Positions 1 to 14,089 are shown, counted from the stretch's first letter. The stretch: 64,000 bases of DNA from Eledone cirrhosa (GCA_964016885.1 OZ024752.1:12400001-12464000), one strand, 5' to 3'. The notes: generated by a model not told the origin, from the letters alone. Numbers and translations: made by a program.

Positions 1-242
1 TATAGTAAATATAGAGTAATGTAAATGGTAGCGGGTTAATTGCTATAAATTAATATTTTGTTTCTCGTCTCTTACTCCATTGGACAGCATTTGGCTTGTG
101 CCAGAAGCTGTGACCCTGTCTAGATTAGCAGTACCATTGGTAGGGGTAAAAACTGCCTGAGTTCACATCAACGGCTGATGACCCTGGAGGTCTGTGTCCT
201 TCATTTCTATTTTTATATTTTAAAAATAACTTTTTAAGGTAC

Positions 243-514
243 CACAACATCCAGTCCGAAATAAATGAGGTCGTGTAGGTGTCACAACAAAAAAACACAC
301 AGTCCACGCTGTAATGTGGCTGTGTAGGCAACACGGTAAAAACCTCCCAGTCCACACTGTAAACGTGGTTGGTGTTAGGAAAGGCATCCAACTGTAGAAA
401 ACCCGCCAGACAGTCCTATACGAGCAAGACAACCACTCTTGCCTCAAGTGGGAAAATTCCCGTCAAAACCCATGCAAGCGTGGAAGATGGACGTTAAACG
501 ATGATGATGATGAT
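243..514 (+). mobile_element. RTE-LINE 3' UTR / RTE-tailed SINE fragment ending in (GAT)n
   Basis: Similar to the 3' UTR of the RTE at 38363-38760 (GGTTGGTGTTAGGAA.GGCATCCA.CTGTAGAAA...CCCATGC...GACGTTAAACGATGATGATG). Related copies lie at about 12300-12465, 12650-12842, 35020-35311, 52640-53120(-) and 54385-54608. Confidence 0.8.
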
Positions 515-543
515 GTCTTGTCCTCTCTTTGTTAATTTCCTTA

Positions 544-602
<59 letters not shown>

Positions 603-615
603 TTGTTTATATATA

Positions 616-1502
616 CAGGGTGCGGACGATATTTGTTTGCAATTTTCAACTGCTAATTTTATGCAAATTTTTTTTACTTCCGTTGTCACTCTTGTCTTCA
701 TAAAAACAGTGACTATATTTCCATTATTTATTTTCAGGATAATTAATTATGAATAATTTTGAACCTCCAAATTTGTGGAAGAGACACAGAGTTCTTCTTG
801 GAATTCGCGCCGGGAGGACAAATAAGGATCAGAAGATCAACTCCCAGAACAACAGGTGGCTCGCTGTCTCATCCAAAGGCGTGCCCAGAGTCATGCAGAC
901 AAAGTTTGCAGCGACAACATTGGTCTTAGGTGTCGTCAACAGTCAAGGTAACATCATGCCACCTCACTTCTTCCCTGAGGGCCTCAAGCTGAACACCGAT
1001 GGCTACATCCGCGTTCTGAACGAGGTAGTAAAGCCCTGGATCGACCAGGTAGCTGCAGGTAGGCCGTACGTGTGGCAGCAAGAGTCAGCGCCCTGCCATA
1101 CCAGCCGAAAGACCCAAGCCTGGCTGTCAGAGAACTTCATCGACCACTCTTCACCTGGCATCTGGCCCCCCCAGCTCGCTTGACTGCAACCCCCTCGACT
1201 TCTTTGTGCTGGGCGCAGTGGAACGAGACACCAACAGATCTAGCTGCAATACGAAAGACGATCTGAAGGCCAGGATCACAAGTGCCTTAAGAGGCCTAAG
1301 TCGGGGACAGTGACGAAGGCCTGTAGCTGGTTCCGAGGCCGCATTGAGGCCGTCATCAAAACCAATGGTGGTTTTATCGAGTGAGATCGAAAGAACAAGT
1401 CATGAAGACAAACTGACCCAAGTTTGATAAATATATCTTAAAAAATAAAACTACTGTGTTACTTTTTCCTAGACAGTAATCTTGCAAACAAATATCATCC
1501 AC

Positions 1503-1508
<6 letters not shown>
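616..1508 (+). mobile_element. Tc1/mariner-superfamily DNA transposon, internally deleted
   Basis: Imperfect 27-bp TIRs (CAGGGTGCGGACGATATTTGTTTGCAA at 616-642; TTGCAAACAAATATCATCCACACCCTA at 1482-1508), TA flanks and a transposase remnant inside. Confidence 0.9.
749..1384 (+). pseudogene. Tc1/mariner DDD transposase remnant, frameshifted
   Basis: ORF 749-1183 contains NSQNNRW, MPPHFF, YVWQQESAPCHTS and WPP. The SPDCNPLDF-type motif continues in another frame. Confidence 0.85.
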
Positions 1509-1547
<39 letters not shown>

Positions 1548-1834
1548 TTATGCGTGTTTCACAGAGGATTGGCTCAAGGTGACCCATAGGAGTTATGGAC
1601 CTGACTCCAGTATTAATCTGCTCCTCAGACTGCTTCCAGTTAGCACCAAAACAAGTCTTTGACTGACCAATACACATTCCAAAATGCGCCCACATGTGCG
1701 CACACACACACGAATCCTTAATTGCTCGTGTGCTCACATAAATACGCACAAGAATACCTGTGAATCACACCAGCATAGCAGCCCCTTCAATTACACCACA
1801 ATACACACATGCCCCCACAGAAAAATAGGGCCAA

Positions 1835-1877
<43 letters not shown>

Positions 1878-2061
1878 TCTCAGCCCACATACCACAACAA
1901 AAATATATCTTTTGTCACACCACCAGTCTGACGAGTCAGGTCCATAACTCCTATGTGTTACCTTCAGCCAATCCTCTGTGAAACACCCATAACAGCTCGA
2001 TAGACAATAAATATTTTTATGTGAACGAAACTTCCTCATTTTTTTTTTTTTATATATATAT

Positions 2062-2460
2062 ATAGTAAAACCTACTCCAGCCAGTAGGCATCTCTAACAA
2101 AATACACCCCGTCCCACCACCACCACCCCCACCCCATCCACACCACCCCGTTCTATGTAAAGTTATGTTGGTGCCGCGCCATCGAGGCCGAAACAAATGA
2201 GATCGTGTAGGTGTCACGACAAAAAAACACACAGTCCACGCTGTAATGTGGCCGTGTAGGTAACACGGTAAAAACCTCCCAGACCCACACTGTAAATGTG
2301 GTTGGTGTTAGGAAGGGCATCCAACTGTAGAAAACCTGCCAGACAGTCCTATGCGAGCAAGACAATCACTCTTGCCTCAAGTGGGACTACCCCCGTCCAA
2401 ACCCATGCAAGCGTGGAACACGGACGTTAAACGTTGATGATGATGATGATGATGATGATG
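2062..2460 (+). mobile_element. 5'-truncated RTE copy (3' UTR only)
   Basis: Near-identical to 38363-38760; (GAT)n tail; preceded by (TA)n. Confidence 0.9.
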
Positions 2461-2621
2461 ATATATGCTCGTATTACATACCCAAATGCTCGTATTACCA
2501 TATATACCTGCGATATACCAAGAGATATGTGACAAAAAATAAATCGATGGTAAAATGTGGGTCAGTTTATATTTGAGGTCAATATTTTAGTGATTTTCAC
2601 CAACTTCAAATTCTACATAAA

Positions 2622-2800
2622 TAATTGTTTCTACTATAAGCACAAGGCCAGCAATTACCCAGTACATTACTGGTACTTTATTTTATCGACCCCGTAAGGA
2701 TGAAAGGCAGAGCTAACCTCGGCGGGATTTGAACTCAGAACGTAAAGGACCGTAACTCTATGCTGCAAAGCATGGGGTCCGATACTGCCAACCCACCGCC
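2622..2800 (-). mobile_element. tRNA-derived SINE with Nin/Deu-like core
   Basis: Minus strand shows B-box GAGTTCAAATCCC followed by GCCTTTCATCCTTACGGGGTCGATAAAATAAAGTACCAG. Other copies: 3036-3212, 5371-5587, 9450-9641, 13881-14070, 14610-14757, 32913-33053, 33126-33229, 35331-35517, 49505-49590 (all -), 50843-51028 and 52270-52360 (+). Confidence 0.85.
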
Positions 2801-2814
2801 CTACATAAGAAAGG

Positions 2815-3028
2815 ATCGATCGACTTTCGTCAAATCGGACCGAGGAAACAATGTTTCCGTTGGTCTTTCCAGTTGCTAATACTCTCTATCGGTTGCAACT
2901 CCAGGTAGAAGGAGCAACGTGAAATAAAGTGTCTTGCTCAAGGACATAACGTATCGCCCGGTCCAGGAATCAAACTCACAACCTCAAGATTGTGAATCCA
3001 ATTCTCTAACCACTCAGCCACACGCCCT
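2815..3028 (-). mobile_element. tRNA-derived SINE with CORE-like domain
   Basis: Minus strand shows A-box TGGCTGAGTGG, a B-box-like GTTYGATTCC and TGTCCTTGAGCAAGACACTT. Copies at 9711-9921(-), 19070-19205(-), 53150-53290(-) and about 6452-6790(+). Confidence 0.8.
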
Positions 3029-3878
3029 ACATAAATAATTGTTTCTACTTTTGGCACAAGGCCAGCAAATTACCCAATCCATTACTGGTACTTTATTTTG
3101 TCGACCCCGTGAGGATGAAAGGCAAAGTTAACCTCGGCGGGATTTGAACTCAGATCATAAAGGGACGTAACTCTATGCTTCAAAGCATGGTGTCCGACTC
3201 TCTACCGACGCCCTACATAAATAATGTGCTAAAATATCTAGAGTGATTATTTTACACTGAAACACAGATTCATGTATATGAGCGCATACACACACCCTGT
3301 TTTTCTCTGTCACTTTTCTTTCAATCATATGTAAGATTGAAATCTTACTTCTGGCTTGTATTCTATTGCTCTCGTTCTCTCCCTCTTCTACTACATGAAT
3401 CCCTCCATATACAAAGTTCTCTTATTGGATCTCTTGCTTTCAACTATTCCCAAGATGTGAGTGACCGGAAATCTTTATATAAATTTGAGCAACTTCCGCC
3501 CGTCTGACTCACAATGTATGTGTGTGTAAAAGGAAAGAAGGGGATGGTGAAAAAACTATAGCAAAACAGCGGCTGGCGTTTCATTTGCTACGCTGTATGT
3601 AAGTATATGTATATGTTTGTGTGAATGTATGTCTGTGAGTGTGTATTTTTGTAAGTGTGTCCATGTTTGCGCCTTCGTATTTATATACTCCATACATATA
3701 AATGTATGCATATGTACATACACACATATATACACATATGCATCAGTGTGTTGAAAATAATTCTAGTAAAGAAAAATTCAAGAATCTTGTTGAAACATTT
3801 CAAAATGGATGAAATGGTAAAAAATCATTATGTATTGTATGTAGTTGTCGAATAAAGATGACACTTAAAATATTTTAA

Positions 3879-4093
3879 CCCTTTAGCATTTAAACCAGCC
3901 GTATACGGCCAGAATTCTCTCCTCTTTCTGTTAAAACTGGCTGTAACCGGCGACTCATACTGATGTTAAGGTATTGTTCTCAAAATGAATAATATCAAAA
4001 TCTCATAGATTTGATATTATGTGAGATATGTGAGGTAAAGCCTTAACTACCAAAATACAATAGTATATATAGAGTAATGTAAATGATAAAGGG
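3879..4093. mobile_element. piggyBac-type MITE (~215 bp)
   Basis: Termini TTAA|CCCTTTAGCATT...AATG(C/A)TAAAGGG|TTAA. Copies at 1-35 (partial), 4391-4762 (with internal ~80-bp tandem expansion), 6965-7182, 7444-7664, 7731-7918, about 14370-14923 (interrupted), 50189-50409 and 54011-54285. Confidence 0.85.
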
Positions 4094-5638
4094 TTAAATA
4101 TAAAAATATTAAAACTTCATAAATATATTCTCCATTCATGAGAATTTCAAAACCACGCCATTCAAACATATTTTCTGATAGCTGCTTCGGCTTATAAAAG
4201 GTGTTTGGATTTTTGCCCATTTCTTAGACATAAAATAAGGGAATAATTTATATTCGAGTACATATATGGTAACATTGTCTCAACTAAAGATATAGCGCTA
4301 TCTGAAAGACAAAGCTCCAGAGGAAATCAATCAAACTATTGTTCCACTGAAGAGACTTCCATTGGCGATTGCCATATGTTGACATTTTAATCTTTTACCA
4401 TTTACATTACTCTATATATACTATTGTACTTTCATGGTAAAGGCTTTACCTCACATATTTCACATAGCATTTATATTACTCTATATTTACTTATATTTTC
4501 ATGGTAAAGGCTTTACATCACATATCTCACATAACATTTATATTACTCTATATTTACTTATATTTTCATGGTAAAGGCTTTACCTCACATAATATCTCAC
4601 ATAACATTTACATTACTCTATATATACTATTGTATTTTCATGGTAAAGGCTTTACCTCACATAATATCTCTCATAACATTTACATTATTCTATATATACT
4701 ATTGTATTTTCATGGTAAAGAGAGAATTCTGGTTGGATACTTCCAGTTTAAATGCTGAAGGGTTAAAGAATATACCCCAAGAAATCTCTGATGTTGACAT
4801 ATCAAAGAATCTGTTCCAAGAAAACTAATTTCTTCTTCGCCCACTTATTCCTGGGAGGGCTGTGGGTGGGGCAGAGTCTTCAAACACTCCTTCCAGTAGG
4901 TCCTGTCAGAAGCAACCGTCTCCAACTGATCTGGCTGGATCCCCCAAGCGAGACCAGCCGAGCTCATGGATGTTATCCAACCATCTTGCTCAAGGTCTAC
5001 CCGTGGATGTCCTGCCAGTTGGTAACAATGATTATAGCAGTAAACCCAAGAGATTGGTCTTAATCTCAGTTGCTGGAAAGTGTAGTAAAAACATCTATGA
5101 GCTAAATGACATCAAGAAACACTCTTTTGTCACTTGGGAACTATAAAGACATTTAATTGCAGTAACCATTATCATTAGTTAAGATGTTTATTAATATCAG
5201 TTCATTAAAATAAAGAAAACAATACCAAGTACAGCCTATGGCACATTAGATGGATTCCAAACCATTGTCATAATTAAATTATCTTATTTTATATTTGTTC
5301 TTTAGCATTACTGCAGATTAGGCAACTATATTTAGCTGAAAGATCATAATATAATTAAATTTTGAATAAATAATTTCTAGTATAGGCACAAGGCCAGCAA
5401 TTTGGGGGAGGGGAAAGTCGATTGAATCGACCTCAGTACGTTACTGGTGCTTTATTTTACCGACCTCGTAAGGATGAAAGACAAAGTTAACCTCAGCAGG
5501 ATTTGAACTCAGACCGCAAAGGACCATAACTCTATGTTGCAAAGCATGGTGTCCAACTCTTTACCTATACTGCCAATCCACCGCCCTTATATTCTGAATA
5601 AATAAGACTGCATGAGGTTAGATGTGTGCTCCATAAGG

Positions 5639-5952
5639 CAGTGGTCTCCAACATTTTTTATACCATGGACTGGCTTCATGTCGAACAATCTTTCCACGGA
5701 CCGGGAGTTGTACATATGTTATTTAAGTACATTTCGATAAAGAGAGCAATAATAAAAAGAGCAATCTATTAAAGGGAAGAAGTGTATTGAATATAGGAAT
5801 ATTGAATATTTAAACAAATCTTTTAAAATTAAAGTCCAATATTCAACTTATCTATTATGTAATTTTAAACAAGTTAAATATTTGTTTGTAGCTTGGTAGC
5901 AAATGATCCGTGAACCAGTACTGGTCTGTGGCCCAGTAGTTGGGGACCTCTG
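5639..5952. mobile_element. hAT (Charlie-like) MITE
   Basis: Termini CAGTGGTCTCCAAC and GTTGGGGACCTCTG; 8-bp TSD CCATAAGG/CCGTAAGG. Confidence 0.8.
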
Positions 5953-6188
5953 CCGTAAGGTATAGTGAAGGCAACCCATCTAGGAGGACAGCTACTCCAA
6001 ATGAATAAAACTATATGAGGTAGACATGTGCTCCATAAGGTATAGTGAAGGCAACCCATCTAGGAGGACAGCTACTCCAAATAAATAAAACTATATGAGG
6101 TAGACATGTGCTCTGTAAGGTATAGTGAAGGCAACCCATCTACGAGGACAGCTACTCCAAATAAATAAAACTATATGAGGTAGATGTG
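5953..6188. repeat. 80-bp tandem repeat, ~3 copies
   Basis: GTAAGGTATAGTGAAGGCAACCCATCTAGGAGGACAGCTACTCC... recurs with an 80-bp period. The hAT MITE sits in the first unit. Confidence 0.9.
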
Positions 6189-8657
6189 GGGACAATTGCA
6201 CCAGCACTAGGGATCAGTTGGAAATAGTTGCTTCTGTCAGGATCCACTGGCAGGAGTGTTTAAGGACTCTACCCCCTTGACCCTCTCAGGAATAATTGAG
6301 TGCAGAAGAACTGTGGAGTATCTTTAACCCCGACATCCACTCACTTTGCTATCATCCAACATAACTTTATATATCAGTTGTTATCATACAATACACTACC
6401 TATCAATGATAAGGACCTGTGTAAAGAGTACAAAGTGACTATTAATAAGAGTGGAGGTGTGTTACCTATTGATTAGTGTGTTGGACTTATGATCATAATG
6501 TTGTAGATTCAATTCCTGGAGTGGGTTGTGTTGTGTTCTTGAGCAAAACACTTCATTTCATGTTACTCCAGTACTCCAGTATATTATCATCACCATCATT
6601 TAACGTCCATTTTTTCACAATGGCATGGGTTAGACAAGTTATTCTGTTGCAAGCAATGCCAGGTCAGGTGACCATGTCTTGCTCACATTCAGCTAAAAAT
6701 GAGTACCAGCAATAGCTGGAAGTTTAACCCTGCGATGACCTGGCATTCTGTCTATGGGAGCAGTTTTGTACTCTCAGTTGCTTAATACCACAGAAAACAG
6801 GATAAGCAGCAACTTTAGAACCTCTGAGCCCAACTTTAGACAACAAGTACAATAAACGTGACTATTTCATTACTAGTTTTCAGAACACTTTTCTCAAAGT
6901 AAATATTGCCAATTACTATATTGTCTCACACATATTTAACCCTTTACATATTTAACATATTTAACCCTTTAGCATTTACATTACTCTATATTTACTATTG
7001 TATTTTTGTGCTAAAGGCTTTATCTTACATACTTATCTCACATAATATCGAATGTATGAGATTTTGATGTGTATTTTGAGAACAATACCTTAACATAAGT
7101 ATGAGTGGCCAGTTACTGCTGGTTTGGACAGAAAGAGATGAAAGAATTCTGGCTGTATACGGCTGGTTTAAATGCCAATGGGTTAAGGCCACAGAAAACA
7201 GGATAAGCAGCAGCTTGGTGAACCTCTGAGCTCCAGACAGACTTTAGACAATAAGTACAATAAACGTGACTATTTCATTAGTAGTTTTCAGAACAATTTT
7301 CTCAAAGTAAATATTGCCACTTACTATATTGTCTCATACATATTTAACTATTTACTTGTTAGCAATCAAATATTTTTCCTTAATGTGATCTTAAGTTTTC
7401 CTCTAATCTCTTTGATAACAACTTTCCTGAAATTACCTCTTAACCCTTTAGCATTTACATTACTCTATATATAATATTGTATTTTTGTGGTAAAGGCCAC
7501 ATCTCACATAATTATCTCACATAATATCGAATCTAGGAGATTTTGATATCATTTATTTTGAGAACAATACCTTAACATCAGTACGAGCGGCCAGTTACAG
7601 CCAGTTTGAATAGAAAGAGGTGAGAGAATTCTGACTGGAGACAGCCAGTTTGAATGCTAAAGGGTTAACGTGATCTTAACAGTTTTCCTCTAATCTCTTT
7701 GATAACAACTTTCCTGAAATTACCTCTTAACCCTTTAGCGTTTAAACTGGCCAGAATTCTTGCACCTCTTTCTGTTCAAACTGGCTGTAACTGGCCACGC
7801 ATATTGATGTTAAAGTATTGTTCTCAAAATAAATATCAAAATCTCGTAGATTCGATATTATTGTATTTTTACTGCAAAAATACAATAATAAATATAGAGT
7901 AATGTCAAAGTTATTGGGTTAACATCTTGCAATGATTAAGTAGAAAATGTCTAAAAATAGGTTTGTTAATTTAAATGTTTACATAACTTTACTGGTGGAC
8001 AGATTATTGTGGAACATTTGCAGTATTAGAGTACAGACCTCAATTTTTAATGTGATACAGCTATAATGTTCTTTTGTACTTTCAAGAATGTCTTGATAAT
8101 GCAGTTTTATGTGGTACAGGATGTTTCTGGTTCTGAACTGAAAGACTAAACTTTGTGATACAATTTTAGCTGTGTTGGAGAGAGAAGACCCACACACTTA
8201 AGCACATGCCACAAGGGGGCACTGTAATTTCCCTTCAATAAGTTTTTAGGAATTCAACTCTTTTTATGAAGGAATAATGGTTCGGATATTTAAGTATCAA
8301 CAGCAACATAGAATTGATAAATGAGTCCGAACCCAGAAGAGCTGATCGCCCACTGCTATCGCATCCATCTCTCTCAGCATCCCCATCTCTCTGTATTATG
8401 AGCAAATCGGGTCCCACGTGCTGGCCACCCCATGGCCCCGGCAGACAGAATGGAGAAGGCAATTTTAGCTGTAGTTGTACAGAGGGGTCCTCAGTGATGG
8501 TGATATATGACATTGAGTATTTGTATCAACCACGAGGGTTCTAATTGCAATCTGTTTATGTTTAGGATGGTTGGAGTGTGATGTGGTGTGATTGTATTTT
8601 GTACTGTCAAAGTAGATAAGATTAGTATGACATCATTCCTAACTCCAACCTATTTAC

Positions 8658-9170
8658 TTACAGGGTGTACTGGGTGCATTCTTTTGTGACACAACCACAA
8701 CCACCATTACATTACAGGGTGTACTGGGTGCATTCTTTTTGTGACACCACCACCACCATTACATTACAGGGTGTACTGGGTGCATTCTTTTGTGACACCA
8801 CCACCACCACCATTACATTACAGGGTGTACTGGGTGCATTCTTTTTTGTGACACCACCACAACCACCACCACCATTACATTACAGGGTGTACTGGGTGCA
8901 TTCTTTTTTGTGACACCACCACCACCACCATTACATTACAGGGTGTACTGGGTGCATTCTTTTTTGTGACACCACCACCACCACCATTACATTACAGGGT
9001 GTACTGGGTGCATTCTTTTTTGTGACACCACCACCACCATTACATTACAGGGTGTACTGGGTGCATTCTTTTTTGTGACACCACCACCACCACCATTACA
9101 TTACAGGGTGTACTGGGTGCATTCTTTTATGTGACACCACCACCATTACATTACAGGGTGTACTGGGTGT
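8658..9170. repeat. Minisatellite, ~47-57-bp unit with variable (CAC)n, ~10 copies
   Basis: TTACAGGGTGTACTGGGTGCATTCTTTTTTGTGACACCACCACC...ATTACA repeated; resembles the internal repeat of the RTE/SINE tail. Confidence 0.95.
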
Positions 9171-10629
9171 GTTTTTTCATGGCACCAACACTAACTCTTT
9201 ATAGGGTTTACAGGGTGCATTTTAATGTGACACCAGCACTATCACACCATAGAGTGTATTGAGTGTTTTATAATGACACCAGCACCAGAGAGGTTGTCAC
9301 CTGCTTGTCCAGACTAAACAGTCCTCCCAAACCTTAGATTGTCCCCATTCAATTGCCAACATTGTAACCTCCAGTCTCTCACAAAATTTAACCTTCCGGA
9401 TGCTACTGACACATTATGCCACCAATAGAGTTATCTCCCCTAAATACATAATTGTTTCTACTTTTTGGCACAAGGCCAGCAATTATCCCAGTGCATTACT
9501 GGTACTTTATTTCATCAACCCCGTAAGGATGAGAGGCAAAGTTAACCTCGGCAGGATTTGAACTCAGACCGCAAAGGGACATAACTGTATGCTGCAAAGC
9601 ATGGCGTCCGACCCTCTACCGATACTGCCAATCCACCTCCCTAAATACAGAATGCAGTGTCAAGGGAAGTAATTCAATAAAATTTCTATTGTGTTAAAGG
9701 TTTAGTGTCAGATCGACTTTCGTCAAATCGGACCGAGGAAACAATGTTTCCGTTGGTCTTTCCAATTGCTAGTACTATCTATCGTTTGCAACTCCAGGTA
9801 GAAGGAGCAACGTGAAATAAAGTGTCTTGCTCAAGGACATAACACATCGCACGGTCCAGGAATCGAACTGACAACCGCACGATTGCGAATCCAATTCTCT
9901 AACCACTCAGCCACGCGCCTTCACAATATATATATATATATATATATACAATATAGAAATGGCTTCTACAGGACTAGAACTGTTTCATTTGAAGGAAATC
10001 ATCAGCAAAGCTGACTGTCAATGTGTTATGGTGGTATTTACACCTTTTCTGGTGGTAGGGGAAGGTGGTGATCATTGGCTGATGGATTTAAAGAATGGGA
10101 ATTCTTTGAAAAAACTATAGTTAGAGAGAAATAGTGATACAGAATGCTACAAAAGTAGACACTCCTAATTTTCAAGGTCATTTATTCTAAGCAAACAAAG
10201 GGTTTTCATTAAGAGGCTGTATTAACATGCTCTATTAAAGTCTGCAAAATGGTCAGGTGTTTACAATAACACACACACAAGGTTTTTGATATGAAATCGT
10301 GTGTTGAAATAAAAATGGCGTAGACTTTATAATAGAATGGGAGGAAACATAAGAGTGCCACTGGTGATGTCGAAGATGTGTGACGAAAGAACTTTGATAG
10401 ACTATATATGTATATATTTATTTATATCTGTATTTTTTAACCATTGGTCAATCAATGATAAATATTGATTGCTAAATAAATTAACTATGGAGATATAAAA
10501 GATACAGAAGTGAAAACCAATCAAACCAAACAATGTGTGTTCTGTTATTATTTCTGGCGATATTATAACAATATGACACTCCCCAAGTATAACAATAAAC
10601 ATATATATATATATATATATACACAGTCA

Positions 10630-10680
10630 GCTTTCTTGATGATTTCTTTCGAATGAAACAGTTCTAGTCCTGTAGAAGCC
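10630..10680 (+). ncRNA. Type I hammerhead motif, family A (core TTGATGA variant); inverted partner at 9961-10012(-)
   Basis: TTGATGA tttc tttc gaat GAA ACAG ttctagtc CTGT A gaagcc. The minus-strand partner has an intact CTGATGA. Confidence 0.7.
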
Positions 10681-10749
10681 TTTTCTATATTAAATATTTA
10701 TACACTGCTATGTATTGAGTACCTTACTTACCGATTGAACCCGGGATAA

Positions 10750-10801
<52 letters not shown>

Positions 10802-10829
10802 GTGTGTGTGTATATATATAGTACATTTC

Positions 10830-12030
10830 ATTCTGGTGAGGAAAAAGTGGCGGAATAGTGTTCTGAACACAGAACCATACAACTATTTCAGTACACTGGG
10901 TAGTGACTACCGGCTTGTTATGAGTGAGGTCCGGGTGAGCTTAAGAAAGAGCAAGGCTCAGCCCCGGAGAGCAATCTATGACTGGGGAGCTTTCAAGGAA
11001 GATGATAAGCTACAGGAGAGGTTCACAGTAGAAGTGAGGAACAGGTTCAGTGCTCTGTGTGGAGAGACAGAGGAGAGAGAGATTGGATGGACTGAGGAGA
11101 GTGTGACGAGGAGGTACGGGCATTTCACCAATGCAGTGGCGGAAGCAAGTGAGACCCTGGTGCCAAGGAAAAAGAACAAAAGAAAGCATGTCAGCTCTGC
11201 AAACCCAAAAGTGTGTGCAGCCAGAGAACACCTGAAAGTTGCCAAGGACCAATTCTATGCTGATACTACGGAGGAGAGGATGGAGACTGTGGAGGTGATG
11301 AGGGAAGAACTCTGTACCGCTTACACTGAGACCAGAGAGGAGCTTCAGAGAGCCAAGAAGAGGATCAAGGAGAGCAAGGCTCATGGAGAAGATGGAGTGG
11401 CATCAGAGGTGATGAAGAGGTGTGATTTTGATGATATCTTCCTGGGGTTCTGTAACCAGGCACTGGAGAGAGGAGTTGGCCCTTCAGTGGAGGATCAGTA
11501 ACATCGTCCCAGTGCCAAAGAAGGGAGATCTCTCTAACACCAACAACTACAGGGGGATCTCACTGACGTCACTTGCGGCAAAGACCCTCAACAGGATGAT
11601 TCTTAACAGGATCCAGCCTGAGATGAAGAAGAAGCTCGGGGACAACCAGAACAGCTTCAGAGAGGGAAGATCAACCACCAGTCACATCCTGATGCTGAGG
11701 AGGATATTAGAGGGAGCTAGAGCAAAGTGCCTTCCTGCAGTCATGGTTTTCATTGACTTTGGGAAGGCCTTTGATTCTGTGGACCGTCACTGCCTGATGA
11801 AGATCTTACAGGCTTATGGAATCCCCAAGAAGATAGTGGACCTGATATCACTGTCTATACCAACACCAAAGCCCAAGTCATTACACCTGATGGGATGACA
11901 GAGTTCTTTGAGATACTGGCTGGAGTGCTCCAGGGAGATACATTGGTTCCCTACCTTTTTATCATCGTAGTGGACTATTGTATGCTCCTTGCACTGGAGA
12001 AACACCAGGACTCTGGCACCGGCTCAGAGC
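10830..12030 (+). mobile_element. Degenerate RTE-like LINE RT fragment (second family)
   Basis: IVPVPKKGDLSNTNNYRGISLTS, NQNSFREGRSTT, FIDFGKAFDS and GVLQGD motifs across frameshifts. Confidence 0.9.
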
Positions 12031-12849
12031 AGGAGAGTAATGTACATAGTGTATATATAATGTAAGCAGTGTATATATAATATATATATGGTGTATACAT
12101 CAGTTGGGACGTCACTGGTGCCAAGCTGTATCGGCCATTGCCTTTTCCTTGGACAACAGCAATGGCGTGGAGAAGGGGAGGCTGGTATATATGGGTGACT
12201 GTTGGTCTTCTACAAACAACCATGCCTGGACTTGGGCAAATCCCAGGGCCATTCATGACCAAACTGGGGTCTTTACCCTTACCCTTTATAAGGTGGTTGT
12301 GTAGGTGTCACGACAAAAAGTGCCCATCACACACTGTAAATATGGTTGGTGGTAGGAAGGGCACCCAGCTGTAGAAATCAAGCAAAAATCTGCCCCAGGT
12401 GAGCTAAACAAGGCTCAATCTGTCCTACCCATGAATGATGGACGCTAATCAACGAGGTTGATGATATATTTATGTGTGTATATATATGAAGTGTGTATGT
12501 ATATGTATGATATGTGTACGTATATTCCACACATGGTATATGTATATGCATGCAAATATATATATATATATGTGTGTGTACATCATTATCATGATATGTG
12601 CATGTATGTATATGTATATATATTTATGTTATACTGATACCACAAAACATCCAGCCCACACTGTAAAGTTTACGTGTAAAAAACACAGCAAAAAGCACCC
12701 AGCACACACTGTAAGTGTGGTTGGCTTTAGGAGGGTATCCAGCCGTAGAAAACCAGGCAGAAACTCTCCTATATGAGCGAGACACAGTCACCCGTCTAAC
12801 CCATACTAGTGTGGAAGATAGACGTTAAACAATGATGATGATAATTGGC

Positions 12850-13198
12850 ATAAATTCTATAAAATGTACACAGTCCAGATCTTGGGTACACAAGAGATGT
12901 AGTGGGATAGCAGGCAAACTAGCAGGTACGGAAAACTATGCATGCAGTAGATGTACAGGGAAAGTTGACAGTAGAAGTCGCAGTGATAGACACATTTTTC
13001 AAATGCGGGTAGAAGTGCCAAGAAATCCCAATGGGAGGAAGATGCAGTAGAGGAAGACCACTAAAAACATGGGCGGAGGTGGTGAGAGCAGACCTCAGAG
13101 GAGATGACAAAGGGCCGTGACAAGTAGAGAGATACTGTGCTGAATAGGACCTGTCCCACCCTTGCACGCAGGGGAAAGCAGATGTAAAATGATGATGA
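12850..13198 (+). mobile_element. RTE 3' fragment
   Basis: WVHKRCSG...CSRC zinc-finger part and RGRPxKTW C-terminus, then a (GAT)n tail. Confidence 0.75.
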
Positions 13199-14089
13199 AT
13201 GTAACACACTAACATCCAACACAATTTAGTCTCACTACTAAATATATATATAAGGCGGGGGGGGGGGAGAAGAGGAACCTATTAAGATAGACTGAAGATT
13301 AGATAACCGATTTACAAATCAATAGAATGGTTCTGGAATGTTCTTATTATGGGGGTCAATAGTCCTACACCATGTAGCAGTAAGTTTATGTACATAAATA
13401 GATATAATTGTTTTGTTGAATATTGATATAACTAAAGATCAGGATTAAACTACAGCAAAGTCGGTTATCTTTGCTATGCTTTCATTAGTTAACTCAATAG
13501 TGCTAAACTTATTGACTTTTATAGACTGATCTACAAAGAACATTAACCCTTTATTCTTTATTTACTACTAGCAGAAAAACCAACCTTCGGGTTGTTTTCT
13601 GCTAGCATGTGTAGTGTGCATATTGATATTATACGCAAATATATATGCATTTAGCGATGATACATCAAATAAAATCGTAATTGACAATATGCACAGAAAC
13701 TGAAGAGAGGCTGTCTTACAATGTCTTCTGTAATCAGTAAAGTAATCCATGATACATTTAAAAAAGACGATATTATATATAAACTGCATTATGGTGAAAT
13801 GTAATGAAAACGAAAAAGGAGAAAATTAGCAACGGAAATATATGAATGTTTATATAAGCGATGTAATAAGTGTTATAATATAATTGTTTCTACTTTTGGC
13901 ACAAGGCCAGCAATTACTCAGTACATTACTGGTACTTTATTTTATCGACCCAGTAAGGATGAAAGGCAAAGTTAACCTCGGCTGGATTTGAACTCAGAAT
14001 GGCAAGGGCCGTAACTCTATTTGTCAAAGCATGGTGTCCGACCCTCTACCGATACTGCCAATCCACCACCAATAAGTGTTATAATATAA

